From assembly GCF_009914755.1 (NCBI RefSeq), contig NC_060930.1: 64,000 bases of DNA; one strand, written 5' to 3'. Below the pieces are notes generated by a model. That model was not told the origin of the DNA, did not search any database, and saw only the letters and a list, made by a program, of their open reading frames with translations. Each line of letters begins with the position of its first letter. The stretch's first letter is position 1. This document shows, piece by piece, positions 1 through 11,753 of the stretch. The translations under genes and the position numbers were made by a program. The DNA comes from the human T2T-CHM13v2.0 reference genome, Homo sapiens.

Positions 1-410
1 TGTTTAACACTTATCTGACAATGTTTAACAAAAAATACTGTAAAATGATAATGCCTAGCGGCTGATGAGATGGTTAAATTTTTCAATGTATCTAGAAAAC
101 AACATAATAGCATGTATCAAACTCCTGAATAATCTCGTAACTCTTTCACGGAGCATTTCCCTTTCAGGTATTTACCAGATGGAAAAAATAATCATAGCTG
201 CACAAAAATATAGCAATAAAGCAACTCTGTAGCATCATCTCCTATTAATTATTTTGTTATCAAGTGTCGACATGTAAAGTGTTTAAATAAATTGTGGTCA
301 ACCCATACAGTAGAATACTATGTAGTTATTGAAAGTCAAGTAATGGAAGAATTCTAAGTGACCAATGGAAGTACTATAATGTTATAGCATATACAGTTGG
401 TACAGTATGA

Positions 411-443
<33 letters not shown>

Positions 444-444
444 T
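411..444. repeat. (TG)n microsatellite
   Basis: Visible TG run. Confidence 0.95.
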
Positions 445-1432
445 ACTGGAAAGATATTTCACAAGATGTAAATAAAAGTGATTTCTAGGTATTGAGATTA
501 TGGGTGATTATTTTTCCTGTCTCTCCAGTTCCCCTGCCCCACAGAGGAGGGTTAGCTTGTATATCCCCCAAATCCTTCAATTAGAATATACTACTTTAAG
601 AATGAGAAGCAAAAAAAGAGGAAAAAGGAACTGTGATCTACTTTCAGGGGAAGATGACACTCACACTCTGTTAACTTCCTGAGGGCCAGACTGCCTGGGA
701 GGGAAGCCCCTCACCCCACCTTACTTTGCCCTGCCTGCCAAATGCAGAGGTCCAGTGGCCCAGCCAGAAAGACAAGTTTGTGGGGCTGTCCTCATCCTCT
801 ATATTTTGTCCATTTAGCCTAAAATATCTTGCGAAATATATATTATGTGCTAGCCATGGGGCACACAATAGTGAGGGGGAAAGAGAGAACGGAAGAGAAG
901 GAAGGAAGGATGGGAAGAAAGTGGGAGGAAGAAAACTTCCCTGGCATATTATGCAGGAGTCTGACCTTCATCAAATGACTGACCCTGAGCCATGCTAGGC
1001 AGAGGCAGGGTCACAGGGCTATAGGAGCCGAGTTCAGTGGGAGCTCCCCAGCCCTGACAGAACATCTTTCTTCAGGAAGCAAGCACTGAGTTGAACTCTC
1101 AAGGAAGTGCAGGCAATATGGTAAAAAAGGGGTAAGGAAGGGCAGTCCAGGATAGGCACTAGAGATGCCAGGGCAGGGGAGAGCAGGCAGCAAGGCTGGA
1201 GTGCCCACAGCCAGGGAGGCTGGATGGGAAGAGACCAAAGCATGCGAGGCCTCAAAGGTACGTGCAGGGGGCACTGAGAGGCTTTGGCAGGGCATCCCTT
1301 GGCAGATGCGCCTTCAGACAGGATAGCTCTGGGTGTAGACTGGATAATGGATTTGGAAGGGGGCCATGGTGGATCCCAGGAGGCCATGAGAAGTCCCATC
1401 TAGGGCAGTGACACACACGTGGAATGAAATGA

Positions 1433-1768
1433 TGTATTAGTCTGTTTTCATACTGCAATAAAGACGTACCTGAGACTGGATAATTTATACAGGAAAAACG
1501 TTTAATGGATTTACAGTTACACATGGCTGGGGAGGCCTCACAATCATGGCAGAAGGCAAGGAGGAGCAAGTCATGTCTTACATGGATGGCAGCAGGCAAA
1601 GAGAGAGCTTGTGCACAGAAACTCCCCCTTATAAAACTGTATCTAGTAAAACTTATTCACTATCATGAGAACAACATGGGAAAGACCTGCCCCCATGATT
1701 CAATTACCTCCCACAACATGTGAAAATTTAAGATGAGATTTGAGTGGGGACACAGTCAAACCATATCA
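1433..1768 (-). mobile_element. THE1-type MaLR solo LTR (THE1B-like)
   Basis: TGTATTAGTC...CCATATCA termini; internal ATGGCTGGGGAGGCCTCACAATCATGGCAGAAGGC. Confidence 0.85.
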
Positions 1769-1837
1769 AGTGGAAATACTATTTCAGTGACTTTGATGGG
1801 GAGTTTCCAATCTTACACTTCCAAATGGTAACAAAGA

Positions 1838-2162
1838 TTGAGTGCAGTGACTCACACCTGTAGTTCCAGCTACTTGGGAGGTTAAGCCGGAGCAGGGGGG
1901 AGGATTGCTTAAAGCCAAGAGTTTGAGACCAACCTGGGCAAGACAGCAAGACATTGTCTCTAGAAAATAAAACATTAGCCAGGTATGGTGGTGCATGCCT
2001 TTAGTGCCATACTCGGGAGGCTGAGGCGGGAGGATCAGTTTAGCCCAGGAATTCAAGGCTGCAATGAACTATGATCACACCACTGCACTTTAGCCTGGGC
2101 AACAGAGCAAGACTATCTCTAAAACAAACAAATAACAACAACAAAAACAGTAACAAAAGAAA
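1838..2162 (+). mobile_element. AluJ-class SINE
   Basis: Dimeric Alu with J-type diagnostics (GAGCCCAGGA, AAGGCTGCA, CTATGATC) and degenerate A tail. Confidence 0.85.
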
Positions 2163-3069
2163 GCCCAGCTTTTTGGGCAAGAAGTGACAGCTCAGGACCA
2201 GGGACATTATAATACAAATTCCGGGTGAGCAGAGGCCACAAGCCAATGAAGCACCATTTTGTCTGAAAAGTACAAAATGCTTCCCCTTCCACCCTTTGAA
2301 CACCTGCTTTGTTCATCAATAACCTTACAATTGCAGCCCACATATCCAAGCTTCAAAGTAAAAGCAGAGAGCTCAATTTGTGTCTATGAAGCAGCGTGCC
2401 ATGATGTCATCTGACCCTTTGTTTTCATCTGTGTGCAGTGGAGACAGGAAAGGCACCACTCATCAGACTCCTGCAGGAGCCATCTGCCAAGCCTCTCTCT
2501 TCTGAACTGAGTCCTGTTTTCCGTGGCTATTTTACATTTCTAATGAGAAGCTATTATGTATCACATAGGTTCATCCATGTAGTCCCTCACTATGGAGGAC
2601 CTGGCCCCAGCTGAGTCTGCACACTAGATGACAAAGAAGCTTTCAGCTTTAAGGCACCTCCAGATATCTAGTTTCCTCTAACAATAAAAATAGTAATAAA
2701 AGTTACCATTTATTATGATTGATTTTTTTATAGGTAAATTAACCTACATTAAGGGAATGTAACTTATGTGACCTACTGATACCACAGAGTAGAGACAAGA
2801 TGCAGCCCAGGCCTACAAGACCACAAAGGCCATTCCCTTTGAGCCCTCTCCCCTCAGCCTTTCCCCTCTCCCTCCATCTGAGGGAGACAGAAGCTTGGGT
2901 GAGACCTGCTTCTTGAAGCTACATGGTCCAAGTCCCCTCAGTTTCCAAGCACTCGGGGATCACTTGTGGGCTATCACTACAGTGGAAGATAAGCAAACCA
3001 CTGGGCGTAGTAGGAAAGAGGCCGTTTTCTCAGAGGTCAAGAACTGAAGAAGGGAGTTTCACTGTCTGA

Positions 3070-3615
3070 CCTCCAGTGGCCCTACTGTGTGTATGATCTT
3101 GGATGCGTCACTCACTATGCCTCAGTTTCCTCATCAGGAGAACAAGAATCATACAACAGGCCCAGAATCCTTTCCCTGAAATCCTTCGGTACAGATGTGT
3201 TTTATAAATCAGAATTTCTTGATTTTAGAAAGGTAATAGAGTTCACATTTTATAACACTCCTAACGGAGTCTGGTACAGTACCCATTAACCACAAATCAA
3301 TCACATTAATAGTATGCAGCAAAACATAGTGAAATACACCCAGTTGAGATAAATTAAAACTATAAACAGTCTCATCAGTTTAGATGAGATTTTTCCACCA
3401 AAATAACTACCTTTAAAAAAAAGAATTTCCTCCTCTGTAGACTTGGAAGACTTTGGAATTTATTTCAGAGTTGCAGAGCCAGGGGTTGGGCAGGGAGGTG
3501 GGGTAAAGAGTGGATGACAGAGCTGTGTTTACCTTGTAAGGCTGCTGTGAGGATGAAATGGATCAAAGAATACATGGAATGCACTTAGAAGAATGCCTGA
3601 GACATAACAGAAGTG
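3070..3615 (+). mobile_element. MIR split by an old DNA-transposon-like fragment (~3155-3480)
   Basis: MIR core TGTATGATCTTGG...CTCAGTTTCCTCATC resumes at ~3525 (GCTGTGAGGATGAAATG...GCACTTAGAA). Confidence 0.5.
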
Positions 3616-5279
3616 CATTTCGGATATTCTTATTCAATCCAAAAAAGAAAAAACACAGGCTACTTCAAAGGCCATTATTTGTATGTCAAAATTACTGCTA
3701 GGATGTTTACTACTACAGGGAATTAGAAGACATCTTCAGAAGAATTCTGAACAAGACCTCATCAGACCTCTTCAGAAGAATTCTGGGTGGATCTGCCGGC
3801 CGCTGCCAGGAGAGAGAACTCAACAACATCCCTAAGAGTCTGATCCAGAGAATAGGTAAATTATTTTATTCCAAATACCACCTGCCAGTCCAGCAAAATG
3901 GGATCTCCAATACTTTGGATTATATGTGCCAAGTGCAAATCCCATAATGGCAGCCAGAAATTCTGGAATTAGCCAGAACTGGAGGGACACACTGAAGCCA
4001 GAGCCTGGGATCCTATCTACAACAGTGAATGAGGACCCCTTCTTCATAGCACGTAAAAGAACTCTTTGCATTCTTCATCCCATTTCTGGTTCCCTCCCCA
4101 GTGTTTTTCCTTCGGCTTACTGAAATCACTTCAATCTTATCAAGATGAGATCTTGAGAGCATTCTCAATTTGAGGAACAGAGTCATAGCTGCAAGTTGCT
4201 AATTTGTCCCATGCTGCAGAGGATTTTTATACAATGGTCGTCAGTCCTTTCATGCTAGAGCTCCCCTCTCTGCAGCTCAGAGCAATTTCTTTGACTTTAA
4301 CCAGATGCTGCAATGTGTTGCTCTTTTCATCACTGGAAAATTGATCGGACTGATCTATAAGTACTCACCTCTTTCCCGGCCCAGCATACGTGTTCCTCAC
4401 ACCAACAAAAACCATTTCTGTTTGTAGTTTGCCATAGTATATGTAGACTTATTTGAAAAGTACTTTGCATAGTATGTCCTCAGAATAATAAAATATTAAT
4501 AATAACAACAAATGGGGTAACAAGGAAATGAGGAAAGGGTAGTGTCCAAGATAGGGTTATCAATACGTGTTTGCTCCAATGGACAAATTGTAGTAGGCCT
4601 AATGAGCTACCAGTCTGGAGCAAATTAAAGAAAAAAAGTTTATTGTATATACACAATAAACAGCCAGCTGAAAATATTTCAGAACACTTACTCCAATTTT
4701 CCTTGTGAAATCCAAGAAGCTTTTCAAAAAGCAGTCTCTTCTTTTATTAAACAATTGTACTAAAAATATTGTCTGTCTTTTCCCACTAAAAGTTAATCTC
4801 CCTGAGAACAGGAACTTTGTTTTGCTGTATTCCTGGTGCTGGGAAATGTAAGCATTTTGGAGGTGCTTAATATTTGTTGGATAAATGAGTGGGAGAACCT
4901 GAAGCAAGCAGACAGATGAATTTTCCCTAGTTGTGTAGAAAGCATACAGTTGGTTTCTATACATTTCTATCAAATACATATACAGATTATGTGACATCAA
5001 GAGCCCAAGAGACTTTGGGGGCATCTCACACTTTCTGTGCAGTGAGTCTTCCAGAAGTCTGAGAGATCGTGAGAAAGACTACTGAAAAGCTTAGTAGGCT
5101 GGCATCAATTCCACAAAATACGTGTATAGCCCATATAACATAGGGTTTGAAACTAACTAAAAAGTAAAACCTCAGCAGTCAGTCAAGGGGGCTGTGAAAC
5201 AGTGTTACACAGGAAGTTGCATGGTTTCCTGACTTCTACACAGGAGGGGAGCAGTTTTCAGGTTGCACTCAATCTAGGA

Positions 5280-5794
5280 CAGCAGTCCCCAACCTTTTTG
5301 GCACCAGAGACTAGTTTTGTTGAAGACAATTTTTCCATGGATAGAAGGGTGGATAGTGGGTAGTTTTGGAATGATTCAAGTGCATTACATTTATTGTGCA
5401 CTTTATTTCTATTATTACATTATAATATATAATGAAAGAATTATACAACTCACCATAATACAGAATGAATGGGAGGGCTGAGCTTGTTTTCCTGCAACTA
5501 GACGGTCCCATCTGGGGGTGATGGGGGACAGTGACAGATCATCAGGCATTAGATTCTCATAAGGAGTGTGCAACCTAGATCTCTCGCATGCACAGTTCAC
5601 AATAGGGTTTGCTTTCTTATGAGAATCTAATGCCACTGCTGATCTGACAGGAGGCAGAGCTCAGGCGGTAATGCGAGCAATGGGGAGCAGCTATAAATAG
5701 AGATGAAGCCTCGCTCACCTCCTGCTGTGCTGCCCAGTTCGTAAGAGGTCATGGACCAGTACTGGTCTGTGGCCCAGGGGTTAGGGACCCCCTG
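5280..5794 (+). mobile_element. MER1A (hAT-Charlie) non-autonomous DNA transposon
   Basis: TIRs CAGCAGTCCCCAACC / GGTTAGGGACCCCCTG; 8-bp TSD ATCTAGGA / ATCTAGAA. Confidence 0.9.
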
Positions 5795-6049
5795 ATCTAG
5801 AAGACAAAGGCAGGATGTGATCAAACCTGTCTCTTCCCACTGCAGTGTGGCAGAAACTCAGACAGGCCACAGAGAAAAAACCAAAGTAGCAGCGCTATGC
5901 AAAGGGAAATTTTTGCCTAATATAATAAAGATCTGAGGGAAATGAGAGGAGAGCACCCACAGTCGGATACTAATGATGAGGAAGGTACATTTGCCACTGG
6001 AGACAGAGTGCTACATCATCACTGTGTAGCGTCAAGACTAGTTAGGACT

Positions 6050-6068
6050 GTCTGCCATCTACTGGCAC
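6050..6068 (-). promoter_or_regulatory. Candidate CTCF site
   Basis: Minus strand TGCCAGTAGATGGCAG fits the CCASYAGRKGGCR core. Confidence 0.55.
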
Positions 6069-6481
6069 ATGTAATGTAGGTTACATTGGCCCAAACCCCC
6101 TTTCCCTGACCTTTTGTGGGTCACAGAGTGGAGAGGGCTGTCACATTGCACACTGCACAGGAAGCAATGCAGAATCTGTTCCTAAGGGACCTTTGCTTGT
6201 CCCACCTGCTGGCAGGCTGCTTCCCTCCACTCCACAGCAGCCAATCACCTGCTTATCTCTCCTCTCCCCTTCTCTCCTCCTCTCCTCTCCTCTCTCCCCT
6301 CCAGGCCTTTCTTTTTTCTCCCCTCACTCCCTGGAGTATTGTATTTTCTCTTGTGGCACAGCTTCACCCTTACTTGCTTACATACATAGCTGGACTCCTG
6401 CCCCCAGAGTCTCACATTTGATTCTTTAAGTCTCTCCTCAAACAAACATTTTCTCCTTAAGAACGGCTTTAGGGATGGTCA

Positions 6482-7015
<534 letters not shown>

Positions 7016-7443
7016 CTAAGAGATTAGAAGTCAGCATCAAAGCCTGACAGTATGTGTGTGTTTGGTTACCATTATGTAGACATAACCATATTTTAAATAA
7101 CTACCATAAACCGATTCTAATTTTATTCTATAATTAGGGAATAGGACATTCTCAAAGAACACTTTGGCTGTCTTTATAAAGGTTCTAGTTAAAGAACTCC
7201 AGACATCATTATGGGTTGATTTCTGAACTAGACGGGCCATAACTAATGATTTCAATCAAATCCCATTTTCAGTAGGCAGAACTAGTAAGTAGAATTCCTT
7301 AGAGAATGTGGCTTACTCTTAATCCTATATGGGTATGTTATATATGTGTTATATAAAATGCCATCTGTCATAAAACAAAACATTTTATTAAGAAGATTTT
7401 TTTTAATTGTACATTCTGCAAATGATCAAATTCTGTAAGCTAA

Positions 7444-7625
7444 ACCAGAGGTCCTCAGAATGTGGCCCCAGATCAACAACACTGGCATCACCTGGGAACA
7501 TGTTAGAAACACAGGTTCTCAGGCCTCACCAGACACACAGGAGCAGAAACTCTGGGGTGGGGTCCAGCAATCTGCATGTTAACAAGCCCCCCAGCTGATG
7601 CTGATGCCCTGAAGACCACTCTAGC
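7444..7625. mobile_element. MER5A (hAT-Charlie)
   Basis: GCATCACCTGGGAA...GTTAGAAA...CAGAAACTCTGGGGTGGGGTCCAGCAATCTG...AACAAGCCC. Confidence 0.75.
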
Positions 7626-7787
7626 CTGAAGACCAATGTCCTAGGGTCACCATGATCACAAGGTTCCTGATTGGTCCATTTGGAATATTTCTAAATGCTA
7701 GTGCGATCCCTGAATTATGATTCCTTTCATTTCCAGGTCTTTTGATTCTCAAGAATCTGTACCCCTGTCTTCAGATGACACTGTTTC

Positions 7788-8152
7788 TGCAATAAAGCCA
7801 ATGTTTGTGGCCCTGCCCAAACTCATATATTGAAATCCTAAGCCTCAAGGTGATGGTATTAGGAGGAAAGGCCTTTGGGAGGTGATTAGGTCATAAGAAT
7901 GGAGCTCTCATACATGGGATTAGTGCCTTTATAAAAGAGGCCTAAGAGAAACCCCTCGCCCCTTCCACCATGTGAGGGCACAGCCAGAAGGCACCATTTG
8001 TGAACCAGAGGCCCCTCACCAGACACTGAATCTTCTAGCACCTTAATCTCCGACTTTGGACCTCCACCCTCCAAAATGGTGAGAAATAAATGCTTGTCAT
8101 TTAAGCCACCCAGTCTAAGGTATTTGTTATGGCAGCCAGAACATACTAAGAC
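7788..8152 (+). mobile_element. MLT1A-type MaLR LTR
   Basis: TGAAATCCTAA...GTGATGGTATTAGGAGG...AATAAATG...TTAAGCCACCCAGTC...ACTAAGAC. Confidence 0.75.
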
Positions 8153-8562
8153 CATTTCCCTGCCACAGCTGCCCACAGCTCTCTGCTGGGTTTTCTGCTC
8201 CCTGCCCTGCACTCCTGGACTCCTCCTCCAGTGTCAATCATGACGCACTTTGCAGGGAAGGAAGTTCTCACCCTCAATTGCTCTCCTCACTCACATATGT
8301 TCAGAGCTCTCTTTACAACTGCTGGAGCACTCACATATCCCAAGGGAAAGCTTCTGTGTTCCATCCTGGACCTTCTAGGGGCTACCACGCTTCCACCAGG
8401 GCCGCTGCTCTCACCATAAGCTTCAGACTCTCATCTCCCGAGATCTTGCTCACAGCGCAGCTGCCTTCCGCTCACACAGGCCAGAGGGGCCACCTTGTCT
8501 CTTCTTAGAGCAACTTCCCACCACTCCCTTGGGGCTCAACCTTCGCTTTATGTTCTGTAAAA

Positions 8563-8752
8563 GCCAGCAGTTCTCAAACTTGAGACTGCATCAGGCACAC
8601 CTGGAGGGCTTGTGAAAATCCAGAATGGTGAGTCCCGCCCCCCAGAGTTTCTGATTTAATAGGTCTTGAGTAGCCCAGAATTTGCATCTCTAACAAGCCC
8701 CCAGTGGAAGCTGAGGCTGTCATCTTCCCAGGCCGCACTTTGAGAACTGCTG
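8563..8752. mobile_element. MER5A
   Basis: CAGCAGTTCTCAAACT...CACTTTGAGAACTGCTG terminal inverted repeats. Confidence 0.75.
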
Positions 8753-9339
8753 TTGAAAGCCATCATCACTGAACTTATTTGCAGAGGTACCTAAAAATAA
8801 TCAATCCACAACTGTTCCTTCTCCAAATGACCACTCTCTGATGTCTATCAAGAAATCCAAATTATTTACCAATTAATTTATTGGTAATTATGTTCCACCT
8901 ATTTCAAAAAAAGTTTTGAGCTAACTCTAATTTTTGCTTAGCCATCAGCAGAAATAGTAAATTTACCTAGTGCATTCAGAAAAATGCTGTTCCTCCCAGG
9001 GAAAATAGTGTTTTCTATTGCTCCTGAAATCTGCTGACCTTGGCACTGACTCTGGTCCTCTTACATTAAGGTGAAGCTGGGGCGGGGTTGAGGAATCAAG
9101 ACTGAGAAACCTTGCTGTCCTGCAGCAGAATAGAGATACATGGAAGAAGGAAGACAGAATCTTGGCTTTGAAGAGAAAGTGAGATGTGATGTCAATGATC
9201 CCACTAACACCAAAACCAGCAAACCAGCCTCCTTAAGGGTGGCCCCACCTCCCCACCCTTCCTACTTTTTCTACCAAGCCAAACCCAGAAATAGAACACG
9301 GCTCACTTCTCAGGGCTATTGCCTCTGCCTCATCTCCAG

Positions 9340-9677
9340 AGACCACATCTGCAGCTCCCAAAACAAGGTCTGTTCTGCAGCTGGACAATTCACTGCTAAA
9401 ATCCCAAACCTAAGAGCAGAGCCAAAGCCAGAGGAGAGGAAAGTGACAATAGGGCCAAAGCCTCATTCCAGATTCCAAATGTCATTCGGTAGCCCTCGTG
9501 CTATCAACTGCTGCCTGCTGGCTGCAGCCAGGTCCCTGGGTCCATACACAGCCTGCATCAAGAGCCTGCAGAGACTCGGGGGCTGGAGATGGGAAACAGA
9601 TGGTGGCCTGCGCTTTGTCTTTCCCAAGTTTACAGCCTCACCTGGGGGTGGAGGCTGTTCTGAGGGGCCCCCAAGAG
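9340..9677 (+). other. LY86: Putative alternative upstream first exon of LY86 (5' end approximate), spliced 9677->9953
   Basis: Consensus donor GAG|GTAAGT at 9677/9678; acceptor TTTTTCTGTGTGTCCCATACAG|G at 9952/9953, 9 nt before the ATG; 275-nt intron. The start coordinate rests on my recollection of an annotated longer isoform, not on sequence. Confidence 0.6.
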
Positions 9678-9849
9678 GTAAGTTCACGCATCACTACTGA
9701 CCCTCTCCCTGTGAAAGCAGAAAGTCAGCACGCATCCTACCCCAGACCAGACCAGCCACACCTGTAGATTCAAGGTCCTGGGGGAACAGTATTCAAATGC
9801 CTCTGCTCTCAGCCTTTTACTTCTGACTGTGGTTCCCAGCGAGTCTAAA

Positions 9850-9961
9850 ATTTGAGAAGTGAAACTGAACATCCCACTGCCTTGGTGAGGGGAGAGGAAG
9901 AAATTTTACAGGCTTTTTATTGGCCGGTTATTTTTCTGTGTGTCCCATACAGGCCCCCACC
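9850..9961 (+). promoter_or_regulatory. LY86 proximal promoter region (TATA-less, myeloid/B-cell type)
   Basis: AGAAGTGAAACT (IRF / near PU.1-IRF composite) ~9855-9866; GAGGAAG ETS/PU.1 core ~9894-9900; inverted CCAAT (ATTGG) 9919-9923; CCGGTTA (Myb-like YAACNG on minus strand) 9924-9930. Confidence 0.55.
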
Positions 9962-10097
9962 ATGAAGGGTTTCACAGCCACTCTCTTCCTCTGGACTCTG
10001 ATTTTTCCCAGCTGCAGTGGAGGCGGCGGTGGGAAAGCCTGGCCCACACACGTGGTCTGTAGCGACAGCGGCTTGGAAGTGCTCTACCAGAGTTGCG
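9962..10097 (+). CDS. LY86: LY86/MD-1 first coding exon (signal peptide + start of ML domain), codons 1-45 plus 1 nt
   Basis: CCCACCATGA Kozak context; translates MKGFTATLFLWTLIFPSCSGGGGGKAWPTHVVCSDSGLEVLYQSC, recognised as MD-1; donor GCG|GTAAGC, phase 1. Confidence 0.97.
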
Positions 10098-11046
10098 GTA
10101 AGCCCTTGCAGTACACCCATGTGTGTTTATGGGGAAAGCAAGGCCCACAGATGTGAGCCGCTAGTGCTCAGTTGGAGTTGGGGTGGGAGAGGGGAGAGGG
10201 GACCAGCAGCTGAACACTTTCTCCACCTGCAGCAGGTCTGGGAGGGCCACTGGGAGCTTTTGGAAGAAGGAGGGGTGGGGCCAGGACTGGGAGCGGAAGA
10301 GAATGGCAGAACAACAAAGAGTACAAGAAAGAGAAATTGAATCCAAATATAGCCATTTACTAACACCACAGAACCCAAAAAAGAACAAAATGATCAGTGA
10401 GTCTACCAAATCATCAAACCTCACCAGTTGAAAATTAGGAAAAGCAGCTTCCAGTAGGCCCTTCCTCAACACTGTACACCTGGGCTACCTTTCCATCTGA
10501 TGTACTTTGCAAGTGAAGTGAAAAGATCACTTCTGCCCAAAGAGAAGATTCCTGTCCCTCTCTGGACACTTTCAGAGCTTTCACTGCAGCAGTAGCTCTC
10601 ATGAATTCAGCAAGCACTTCGCATGCAGCTATCAATGCCAGGGTTTCTCAGTGCTAGAGATAATAAAAGTGCATATGCCAGGCCTGTCACCCCAGCGGGC
10701 CAACCCAATACGCCAACAGATAATTGCAATTCAGTGAAGAGAATGCAGTGAACTGTGGTAAGAAGTGTCAGAACCAACCAATCGGGCTGTGTCTTAGTCA
10801 GCTAGGGCTGCCATAACAAACTACCACAGGCTGGGGACTTAAATAACAGATTTATTTCCTCACAGCTCTGGAAGCTGGGCTGGTTTCTCCTGAGACCTCT
10901 CTTCTTTGCTTCTAGGTGGCATCTTCTCCCTGTCTCCTCATGTGCTCTTCCCTCTGTGTACATCTGTGTCCTCATCTCCTCTTCTTATAAGTACACAATC
11001 ATATCAGATTAGGGCCCACCTCCATGGCCTCACTTTAGCTTAATCA

Positions 11047-11370
<324 letters not shown>

Positions 11371-11407
11371 AAGACCCTATCTCCACATACAGTCACATTC
11401 TAAGATA

Positions 11408-11753
11408 CCGTAGTCCCCCCCCAGTCTGCTAGGAATACGTTCCAAGACTCCCAGTGGATGCCTGAAATCATAGATCGTTTTGAACCCTACATATACTATG
11501 GTTTTTGGACCCAATAAATGAGACAGCTACTAAGTGACGGACAGGCCGGTAGTAGAGACAACATGGATATTCTAGACAATTCGTGTTCCTGGTGGGCTGG
11601 GCAGCACGAGATTTCATCATGCTACTCAGGAGGATGCTCAATGTCAAACTAATGAATTATTTCTGGAATTTTCTATTTAATATTTTTGGACTGCAGTTGG
11701 CTGAGAGTAACCAAAACCTTGGAAAGTGAAATCTTGGATAAGGGGGCTGTACT
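11408..11753 (-). mobile_element. MER44A (TcMar-Tigger)
   Basis: C(C)GTAGTCCCCCC ... GGATAAGGGGGCTGTACTG termini flanked by TA; internal GATTTCATCATGCTACTCAG. Confidence 0.75.

Noticed and set aside
9140-9700. 186-aa ORF upstream of LY86
   Set aside because: No recognisable domain; if spliced at 9677 it is out of frame with MD-1
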